Below, in pieces: positions 37,601 through 48,200 of a DNA stretch of 64,000 nucleotides; the stretch's first letter is position 1, and every line of letters starts with the position of its first letter. This stretch comes from Macrostomum lignano (taxonomy: Eukaryota), in contig NIVC01000082.1 of NCBI GenBank assembly GCA_002269645.1, positions 186,001-250,000 on the forward strand, read 5' to 3'. Below the pieces are notes generated by a model. That model saw only the letters and a list, made by a program, of their open reading frames with translations. It did not search any database and had not been told where the DNA came from. The translations under genes and the position numbers were made by a program.

Positions 37601-39075
37601 AACTTACGCTACGACAGCTTTATAGTACGACCCCGTTGTCTTTGCCTCTCATGACTCGCCTGACTGGCTGACAACGTATTTTGTTGTTGTCTTTGTATTC
37701 TGAACAACATTGAAAAGACGCCACCCTTTGCCCAAGTGAGCATGTTTTTCGACAGCGTCAATCTACTGGCCAACAATGCTTGAAAAAACAATGAAAACCG
37801 GGCGGAAGCTTCAATCCATCCATTCTTCACCCTCCGCTCTTCCCAATCCCTCCTCACCCAGCCCAACTTTGCGTCGCATGGCGCAAGTTGCGTCACTCAA
37901 AAGTCAATACTGCTGTCAAATGTTGCTGAGTATATACACGTAATGCAAGATTTCACTAATAAACAATGCAAAGAATTGCCGATAACGAATAGAAATTTTG
38001 AATGAACTCAATGACGCATCGCCAAAAGCACGTGGCAGAAATTGTATATTATTAAAAATGATTGATTAAAATTAATATGTGACGCGCTACACCGTCACAA
38101 CAATTAGTGCCAATTGTGTACTTCAACTTCAGCTATGCTAACATAATAAAACTTAGGAAATTACACTATATGACGCAAAGAAAAATAGCCTGCAAAATTT
38201 TCGTCTTCCGTAAATAAATTCCAGAAGGTGATGTGCATGTAATAGAATGAAAATTAAAACAAAAAATATAATTAACGAATGAACGGATGACGCAACCGCG
38301 CTTTGCTCTGAATTCAATTATTGCAGAATTAGGCCAACAAGAGTTTCAGGTTAAAACAAAGGATTGATTTGAACTTTTTTATTAAATAAAAATAGAAATG
38401 TAACAAAAAATAAAGTAACGTAAAAAAACTAAAATGAAACTCCGGCATGCTTCGCTTAAAGATTTAAAACCCGAACTGCGTTTTGTTCTTTGCAACAACT
38501 GGTTAAAGCAAACTATGAGCTTTCTAAAACCAAATTTAATTAATCTCGTACACAGGTAAAGACAAGCGAGCCTTTACGCCCACATATCTTTACAGATCTG
38601 ATAACGATCAAAGCAGCCCGAGAGCTCCGCGTCCCACCCTCTGGGTTGTTGCAAGTTAAAGCAAAAATACAACATAATACACAGCGCGTACCTACAAAGT
38701 GAAAAATGTTAAAATTAATAAGTTAAAATTAAACGCAAAAAGAAACGTACAGTTTAATTTTTTGAGTAGAAATGTTTTGTTTTAATCGTTGTTTGTTTTA
38801 CTTCGTATTCGCTAAGTTTTGTTGATTATTGATTTTTTAAGTTAAACGCACTTTGAAAAAAATACACTTACGCTCTTACTTCGTAAAAGATGCATAAATA
38901 GAAATAAAAAGGGATGAGAGAGGAAAATGTTAAATATTAGTCGGACACTACAGAGCACAACACACAATTAAAGAAAAATTCTAACCAAAACATGGCGATT
39001 TTTTCCTCACACTCTTACAGCCAAACTTCTATTCGTTCTTTACTCAGTCTTCTGCGAGCGGGATGTTCAGCAAAA

Positions 39076-40988
39076 TCAATCGGAAATGGCGTAGGCCATG
39101 TAAGCGAAGCCGTCTGTGTCCAGACAGGTCAGATGGTCAGCGCAACCGGAGCGAGGCTCGTAGCAGGCAAAGCCAAGAAAAGGCAACGTCCTCATCAGGG
39201 TGTCTGAGAAAGTTAAATGTGCAGACAATTTTTGCAACTAAATTGGAATTCGTAAATAAATGAGTTTGGTAATTAAATAAGAATTGTTCAGCGACCATCT
39301 TAGAGGGCTGCTCAGCGATCATCTTAGAGGGCTGCTCAGCGATCATCTTAGAGGGCTGCTCAGCGACCATCTTAGAGGGCTGCTCAGCGACCATCTTAGA
39401 GGGCTGCTCAGCGACCATCTTAGAGGGCTGCTCAGCGATCATCTTAGAGGGCTGCTCAGCGATCATCTTAGAGGGCTGCTCAGCGATCATCTTAGAGGGC
39501 TGCTCAGCGATCATCTTAGAGGGCTGCTCAGCGATCATCTTAGAGGGCTGCTCAGCGATCATCTTAGAGGACTGCTCAGCGATCATCTTAGAGGGCTGCT
39601 CAGTGATCATCTTAGAGGACTGCTTAGCGACCATCAGAGGACTGCTCAGCGACCATCTTAGAAAATGATCAGTGACCATCGTAGAAGAGCTCAGAGATTA
39701 GCAACCAATCTTAGATAGCCGCCTAGCAACAAGCTTCAGACGGATGTTCAACCAAAATTTTAGTGCGTTTAATCAGCGTCAATTGAAAAAACTGTAAGCT
39801 GATCAAAAGTATTGTGAAATTAATAGTGTACTATTCGCTCCGCTCACCTTTGTCCTGCCTCTGCCGGCTAATGCCAAGCAGCACGCGTCGGCATTCCAGT
39901 TCTTCTTCGGCAAACTCCAACATATCGGTCAGTTCTCGCTTGAGACTTTCGCCAATCAGCTCAGTCTCGCCAAGGTGGAGCACCATGGCTCGGCCGGAGC
40001 CGTCCGGACTGTCGCTAACTAGATTGTAAGGCAGAGTAGGCTGTTGGTTGCTGCTTTGCTGCTCAACCGCCGACTCTGCAGCTTCCCAATCGTCATCATC
40101 GAAGGTGTTCTCATTCTCGTAATAGTCTCCAACATCGTTGTAGCCGAAATTGTCGCTGCCGATGACGAAATGAGCCAACTTATTCTGCTTCTTCTGGTCT
40201 TCTGGTCTGGTCTCCACAGTCTCATCTCGCTGCTGCTGCTGCTGCTGACTGCCCGATCTTCTGGCAGCAAACGACTGTCCGCTAACATGGGTGACAGGGG
40301 GCTGTTTTGATTCCCCCAGGCCGCTGCCCTCTGTCAACAACTCCGCGCTGTCAACTAAGGCGGCCCGGGGAGCATCAAAAACGCCACCCAGGCCCGGCAG
40401 ACGTTCGCGAGCAGAAGTTCTCTAACTCCGTGCTCCTGATGGGAGGGGGAGATTAGAATAAATAATATACCAACCATCTAATATGCAAAAAATTAACATT
40501 TGTTAGACTTTGTCGATTCATCTAAAAATGCAAAGTTATTACACTCGACTTAATAGAAATAGATCACAGCTGAATAACCGACATATGTCCCTGAATTTTT
40601 CTCCACAGCTGCAAGTCTTTGGAGTGAAGTTTAAAGTAAAAAAGCTTATTTCATTTAAGTTCGGCTATCGAAGCCATGCCCATTGGTTTTATAATTATTA
40701 ATTACTAATTAGATTTAAAGAACCAAAAGCCGAAGCCTCATAAAAATATTATTTTTGGGGAAAGAAAGCGATAAAAAATCTGAAGAAATTTTATTCTACA
40801 GTACCAATGAAGCGGCAGCAAAATTTATAATCGTAATCATAATTTAATTTATAATTAAATTCAGAGTCCAGACACTGGCAAATAATATAATTTTGGGATG
40901 TCTGATTGCAACCAACATTTACACAAGACAAAAGGTAGTGTGGCCATCTCGTTCAAAGAGTATTTTACCTTAAAGAAAGCTTCGCCAT
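39076..40988 (-). CDS. oaz: Ornithine decarboxylase antizyme, expressed through +1 programmed ribosomal frameshifting (~244 aa)
   Basis: Exon 1 40988-40969 (ATG GCG AAG CTT TCT TTA AG|gtaaaa), exon 2 40435-39848, exon 3 39203-39076. ORF1 MAKLSLRSTELENFCSRTSAGPGWRF* ends TTT TGA T at 40380-40374. The +1 ORF2 starts GAT at 40376 and contains LTDMLEFAEEELECRRVLLGISRQRQDKDTLMRTLPFLGF..FAYMAY, matching antizyme LLEFAEEQL..NREDRAALLRTFSFLGF..FMAY. Confidence 0.93.
39285..39665 (+). repeat. 24-bp minisatellite GGGCTGCTCAGCGATCATCTTAGA in antizyme intron 2
   Basis: Tandem array; explains the LLSDHLRG ORF. Confidence 0.95.
40292..40380 (-). promoter_or_regulatory. Antizyme +1 frameshift site (UUU-UGA-U) with 3' H-type RNA pseudoknot
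   Basis: Stem 1 40371-40360 UCCCCGGGCCGC pairs with 40324-40313 GCGGCCUGGGGG (12 bp, 2 G-U). Stem 2 40336-40326 UGACAGAGGGC pairs with 40302-40292 GCCCCCUGUCA (10 of 11). Loop 1 23 nt, hinge 1 nt, loop 3 10 nt. Starts 3 nt after the UGA. Confidence 0.85.
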
Positions 40989-41553
40989 GTTTGGTTCCCG
41001 TAGAGGCTACAACGCGACTGCCTTGAGGTCGGCTGGTTTTGAGAAAATTGCATACCCAGAGGGTAAACAAATTATTATGACGAAAATGTCTAATTTGATT
41101 TCATATATATAGACTCTGGATACAGGTGGTAAAACAAAAAAGAACACAAACATTTATTAAAAAAGAGGTAAATTGTTTACTCTTTTAATTCTGACATGTA
41201 ATTAAAAAATGTGTTAGAAACTTATTGCTTAAAGTGATAAACACAACATGTTTAGCTTTTTTTAAAAGATAGGACATTTCCTGCAAAAATATTTCGTAAT
41301 ATAAACGGCGAGACTGACTAAATTTCGAGACTCGCAACTAACTCACTATCAGAAAATTATAATACATGTTTAAAATAAATAGCTGGGCCTAATGTATAGT
41401 AAAATTTGTAGACTGTTTTTTGATCAAAAGTCTTTATGGCAATGTGCAAATAGTATTCTGTAAACATTAACAATTCTGTGCATTTTTTATCCATTCTTGT
41501 TTTCAGCATTCTTGTTTTTTAGCCATGTTTTACCTTTTATTTCAGCTTTTTCC

Positions 41554-42924
41554 CAAGGACTTCTAGACTAACAGGACGTAAAACTCAAAGATCGTGCAAT
41601 TTTTTAGAGGCCACGATTTCCTGGAAAAAATACACTGCGGAGATAGGAAAAAATCAGTTTTTTGTCACAAAAACAGTGATTGTATTTGATCTGGGGCAGT
41701 GAAGACTACCATTCTTTTAATTTAACATGCACAACATGTTACTCTAATATATTTTCATATAGCTGTGTATTGAAGTTTTCATTTTCATGTTGTTTTTACT
41801 TCATTTCATAAGCCCAAAGTTGCAAATACTCACAAGTGGCATTAGCCAAACTTTTTGTGCTGTTCCTTTTTTGAATCAAGTATATTTGTAATAAAACTGT
41901 GCATATAGGTACTCTTAATCTTTTATTGTATGGTTAGTAACTATACTAGGCCTACTAGTATTAGTTATACCTGTCTACTATTACTACTAGGTATAATGTC
42001 TAAGAGTTATGAGTCTAAGACCTATCAAAGATTCTTGAAAATTAGGCTTTATATATGGAATCACACATCCTTTTATTGGTAAAATAGGCCCTAACTAAAA
42101 TGACTGAATACAAGGCATGTTTGTCTTATTCATTTTCTTGCCTAATGAATAATGATATTTGATCTATGGATTCCAAAATCTTCTTAATAAGTGGGGCATA
42201 CTTACATTTACAATTTATAGGCCTAATTTATTTCAGTTTTTCAATTCTTTTAAACATGATTCTAGCTAAAGAGAAGAAAGAAGAGAGAGAAATAAAAATG
42301 GTAGTATCTATCTGTCTAAACTCTAAATCATTCATATAATAATAATATGCAATTATGATTTTTATAAATGAAGGACTTTTATTGACCTTATAGTTTAACT
42401 TATTAAATCTATACCTCCTATAGTAAATAAAAACTAATTGAGCTATTAACTATAATAGTAACTCTTATATCATATTATATATTGGAATGTATATCTAGGA
42501 ATTAAATAGTTACTAGGCCTTATATATGCATTGAAATGGAACTATATCTACAATAAAAGATTAAGAGTACCTACATGCACAGTTTTCATTACAAATATAC
42601 TTGATTCAAAAAAGGAACAGCACAAAAAGTTTGGCTAATGCCACTTGTGAGTATTTGCAACTTTGGGCTTATGAAATGAAGTAAAAACAACATGAAAATG
42701 AAAACTTCAATACACAGCTATATGAAAATATAAGAGTAACATGTTGTGCATGTTAAATTAAAAGAATGGTAGTCTTCACTGCCCCAGATCAAATAAAATC
42801 ACTGTTTTTGTGACAAAAAACTGATTTTTTCCTATCTCCACAGTGTATTTTTTCCAGGAAATCGTGGCCTCTAAAAAATTGCACGATCTTTGAGTTTTAC
42901 GTCCTGTTAGTCTAGAAGTCCTTG
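41554..42924. mobile_element. Non-autonomous DNA transposon (MITE/foldback), 1371 bp, ~376-bp TIRs, 8-bp TSD
   Basis: TIRs 41554-41930 and 42549-42924 (ends CAAGGACTTCTAGAC...GTCTAGAAGTCCTTG). Identical flanking CTTTTTCC at 41546-41553 and 42925-42932. AT-rich non-coding centre. Confidence 0.93.
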
Positions 42925-45233
42925 CTTTTTCCTTCAGCAAGCTTTGACTTGAGAGTAGAATCCAATCTTTTTAATAATTTAATTTTAATATTTTATCATT
43001 CTGTAATACAGGGACTTGGTGTACACTTATAAAAATAGTGCTATTAATAGGGCCTATGCTAGGCAATAAAACATCTAATTATTCTAGAGAAGGTATCCCA
43101 TATCTGTGCTATCAAGTACCCTAGTTTGCTTTTTAGTGCCTTAGTTATAAATTATAATTAGACATTAAAAACAGAAATGAGGTTTTAATCTAAACAGTAA
43201 AATACTCCAGGTCATAGGGCCTAGCCTAGTATATTTATTTTATAAGAATAAGCAAATTGAATATTATTTTTTTTGTTAAGCTGATGTGCCTTTAAAAATA
43301 TGAAAATACCTTTTTGTTTTAGTAGTTCAACCAGCAATTTTGAGGGGGGGATAGGTTCTAGAGAGTAGGCCTAAAGTCCCAGGAGGCCATAGTATAGATC
43401 ATGCTGGGTGCATGCTCAAACAAAAATTGAATAATCACAAATGCACACCAAAAAAAATTAAGTGCATGCCCATTCTCAAAAAGACGCTGGTATTGCAACA
43501 ATAAATGGTCTTTTTTATGTTGTGACAATAAAATGCATAATAAAGCCTTATTACCAAATAATTTGGTTGCTTTTTATGCTCTTTCAACGATATTATTTAC
43601 AGCAGAAAATTTATACACACAGAGATTTGTTTAAATGCTCTTTTACAAGCTTGAAAAAATCGGAATGCTTGAAATTTGCACTTGAAATTGAACTTTGTTA
43701 TTCTTTTTTCAACTTTACAATAACTCTTACGCGTGGTTCTATAAAGTGCATGCCAGGTGTGCATGCATACTATTTTCTCAGGAGTGATGCATGCCAACTG
43801 TGCACGCCTAATTTTGGCGTGCAAGGCCAATGCACACCTGAATTTTTGGGCATATACTACATGATCCAGAGTGTGGCCAGGAGGGGGCAAAGGGATGGTT
43901 CTTTCTCAGGCTCTGTTATTGGCAAAAATTTGCTTGGTCCCTCTTTGATTTTTTTAAGTTTCTCCACCTAAAGGGAGGGCAACTGCCCCCCTACCCCGCC
44001 CCCTGGTTGTGCCACTATTTGATTTATTAACATAAATTTTAGTGCAAAAGGATTGTTTTTATTTTTTCTTGATATTTATATCAATTTTTTCTTTTAATGT
44101 CTTTTAACCTACCATAGTCAGGAAGGTGTCCTATATGCCAGAATTTTGTGACATACATGAGCCTTTTATAATTTATTGACATGCATATTTGGCATGCTTG
44201 AATTTAAAAAGTTCTATTTGGCATACAAAAAATGATATTCAAATCTATTTGAAAATAGGTGCAAGTCCATAGTTTGAATTGTATAATTAATATATGCTAG
44301 GTCTGTTGGGGGAAAAAATTATAGGTCACAGGACTAGGTTTGTATTCTGGGACTAAATAAAGTTTTTTCAACTATGTATGTTAAAGTTATATACTTTATC
44401 ATTTTTGAATTTATTTTTCATATAGAATAACAAACTTATAAATTATGCACTTTTGCAATATGCAATAAGAAAATACAATTATATAAGATGTACTTTAAAT
44501 ACTTTTATTATATAAGTATATGATAAAAGGCTTACTGTTAATAGATTTCATCTTCATTTATCTTTGCTGACTAAGCCTTATTAGCATGTTTGTTTTATAA
44601 AACCCCTTGTACACAGTTAATGAAACTTAATGAACTAGGCTTAATATTTTCTAAAATTTTAAGTGTGCCAATTTAAAAAAATGAATAATGCTTTCATTAG
44701 ATTAAGAAAAAGTATAAGCCTAAATATACTTTCTAAATCCTTAAGTCTAGATAAAAGGTAGATAGCTCTAGTTAAATGGTCTATAAGAGTAAGGCCTATA
44801 GATATGAATATATATAGGCAGCAACTGGCTAACCTAGCGAAGCTTATAAGTTTAAATTTTAATGCAATCAACATGATGTGTATAGTTTAATTTTTGACAA
44901 TATTGAATGACAAAGAAAATAAAAACATATTTTCTTTGGTATGTTAGTTAATATGTATCTAGAGTAGGCATTTGAAAGAAACATGTTTCTATGCGCAATA
45001 GTATAAATTTTATACTTTGTTAATGTAAATTAATGTAAATGTTATAGTTATTTGTTATACTCTGTTTATTAAAACTATTTTTGACAAAAATAATCCAAGT
45101 AAAATCTTGTTTAAAATTGTGCTTGGTTTCTCTATTCTACAAAAGCAAAATGATGCATTCAATGTTAAGGTATTTTTAATCTATATAATGCCTTCACACT
45201 TGCAGCCAAACTACTCAACCAGTTGGATCAGTC

Positions 45234-48200
45234 ATGCCTGCTGTAAAAGACTCCATGCGCGGACTTGCAGTCTTCATTTCTGATATCAGAAATTGTAAGA
45301 TTACACTATTCTTTTACTAATTTATTCTGTTAACTGCTTCTTAAAGTTCTCTTTTCAAAGACACAAATGATGCATAACTTAAATTTGGCAGGCAAAAGCA
45401 AGGAAGCCGAAGAGAAACGAATCAACAAAGAGCTAGCCAATATACGGTCCAAATTCAAAGGCGACAAAGCTCTAGATGGCTACCAGAAGAAGAAATATGT
45501 TTGCAAACTGCTGTTTATTTTTCTTCTGGGCAATGACATCGATTTTGGTCACATGGAGGCCGTTAATCTGCTGAATTCGAACAAGTACACTGAGAAACAG
45601 ATTGTAAGTACTGTTGGCTTGTTGTCTGTTTTATATCTAGACTATAAGTTCCTTACGTTCATCATTTATTGTCATACACTGTTCCTATGCAAGTACATTG
45701 CATTCCTAGCAACAGTTCTCGTAGGTGCTGACATGGCTAGTAGTTATTGCAACACTCTGAAATTAGGAAGTCTTTCGTAGCCATAGAAACCTCTTGGTAG
45801 CCATAGCCAAATTCGGTATAACCATAGAAACCTCTTGGTAGCCATAGCAACGCCTGGCAACCATAGAAACCTCTTCGTAGCCATATCAACATCCGGTAAC
45901 CATAGAAACCTAGTAGTAAGCAACGTCTTGTTGCCATAGAAACCTAGTAGCAGCACCGGTAACCATAGAAACCTCTTGGTAGCCATAACAACACCTGGTA
46001 ACCATTGAAACCTCTTCGTAGCCATAACAACACCTGGTAACCATAGAAACCTCTTGGCAGCCATAGTAACACCTGGTAACCATAGAAATCTCTTGGTAGC
46101 CATATCAACACCCGGTAACCGTAGAAACCTCTTGGTAGCCATAACAACACCTAGTAACCATAGAAACCTCTTGGTAGCCATAGCAACAACCATGTGGTTA
46201 TATAAGCACTTGGCAGTCATAGCGACACTTTCAATAGCAATAGCATCGCATTCTGTTAGCCATAGATAGAAGTAATGTTTGTCATGGAACACCTTGGTAG
46301 CTACGCGTATCGAGTTGCAGATAAACCGTACTCCTCACTTCCCCGACAGGGCTACCTATTCATCTCGGTACTAATCAGCGAGAACAACGAGCTCATGCGC
46401 CTGGTCCAGCAGAATCTAAAGAACGACCTGGCCTCCCGCAATCCGGTGCACGTCAACCTCGCTCTGGAGTGCATCGCCAATATTGGCAGCAAAGAGATGG
46501 CGGAAATGTTCGCCCCAGAGATTCCCAAGCTCCTAGTGATGGGAGACGCTGGCGATACTGTTAAACAGAGCGCCGCTCTGTGCCTGTTGAAGCTCTTCAG
46601 GACAGCTCCGGAGATGGTGCCGATTGGCGACTGGACATCGCGTGTTATCCACCTGCTCAACGATCAGCACATGGGCGTTGTGACCGCCGCCGTGTCTCTG
46701 ATTGAAGCTCTGGTTAAACGGAATCCGGACGATTTCAAAGGCTGCGTGTCGCTTAGTATCTCCAGGCTGGCTCGGATTGTCACTTCGTCCTATACTGACC
46801 TGCAGGTGAGACTGACTGACTGACTGACTGACTGACTGACTGACTGACTGACTGACTGACTGACTGACTGACTGACTGACTGACTGACTGACTGACTGAC
46901 TGACTGACTGACTGACTGACTGACTGACTGACTGACTGACTGACTGACTGACTGACTGACTGACTGACTGACTGACTGACTGACTGACTGACTGACTGAC
47001 TGACTGACTGACTGACTGACTGACTGACTGACTGACTGACTGACTGACTGACTGACTGACTCACTGACTGACTGACTGACTGACTGACTGACTGACTGAC
47101 TGACTGACTGACTGACTAGTAGATAGAGCGTTGGACTCATGACTGGAAGGTCGGTGGTTCGATTCTCTACCCAACTTGCAACAATTTGTGTCCTTGAGCA
47201 AGACACTTAACTCTGCACTGCTTCAGTTCAGCCAAGTATAAAAATGGGTGCCAGCATTAGCTGGGGTAGATGAGGGTGTGTGGCGCCCTCCTCCCCTGGT
47301 CCATGGACTATATAATCAATTTATAAACCAATAATAAACCCAATGCAAACCCTCAGGACTACACCTACTACTTTGTGCCGGCGCCGTGGCTATCAGTGAA
47401 GCTGCTCCGGCTGCTGCAGAACTACCCGCCGCCAGAGGACACTACGGTGCGAAATCGCCTAGCAGAGTGCCTGGAGACCATTCTTAACAAAGCGGTTGAG
47501 CCGCCTAAATCTAAGAAAGTGCAGCATTCGAACGCTAAAAATGCCGTATTATTCGAAGCGATCAGCTTGATCATTCATATGGACAGCGATCCGAGCCTTC
47601 TGGTGAGGGCCTGCAGCCAACTGGGCCAGTTTCTATCCAATAGGGAGACTAACCTGCGCTACCTGGCATTGGAGAGCATGTGCCTACTGGCCACGTCTGA
47701 GTTCTCTCACGATGCGGTTAAGAGGCACCAGGAGACTGTTGTCACGGCGCTGAAGGTGAGGCATTAACCCACAGCTTCCTGGGATTCTAATCCTAAATTT
47801 AGCATCCTAAATTGTTCGCGTTCTAAGCACTTATTAAGCCTCAATTTTGAAGTGTAAACCGTATCTCTTGTTGATTAATTATTGTAAAAACTGTATTTTA
47901 CAAATAATCAGCAAATGTTAAACAAATTAAGAAATATATATTTCGTTCTACTTACTTTGAATGGGATAAGTAGTCTGGTGCGGATACGTCAGCAAGCATC
48001 TAATAATTAATAAATTTTGCTACCATTGCCGCAATCAGAGCGAGCGCGACGTGTCAGTTCGCCAGCGCGCTGTCGATCTGCTCTACGCAATGTGCGATCG
48101 CAGCAACGCCGAAGAGATCGTCGGCGAGATGCTCACCTATTTGGAGACGGCCGATTATTCTATTCGCGGCGAATTAGTGCTCAAAATTGCCATCCTAGCC

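Noticed and set aside
39180-39200. CTGATGAG hammerhead or C-box-like motif on the minus strand
   Set aside because: No helix II or GAAA follows, and it lies within antizyme coding exon 3.
43865-44020. Small GC-rich element with GTGGCCAGG..CCTGGTTGTGCCACT ends (possible MITE)
   Set aside because: TIRs too degenerate and no TSD identifiable, so it is not supportable as a feature.
47117-47175. Intact tRNA-Met gene
   Set aside because: Acceptor stem and 5' end are missing, and the sequence continues into a SINE core domain.
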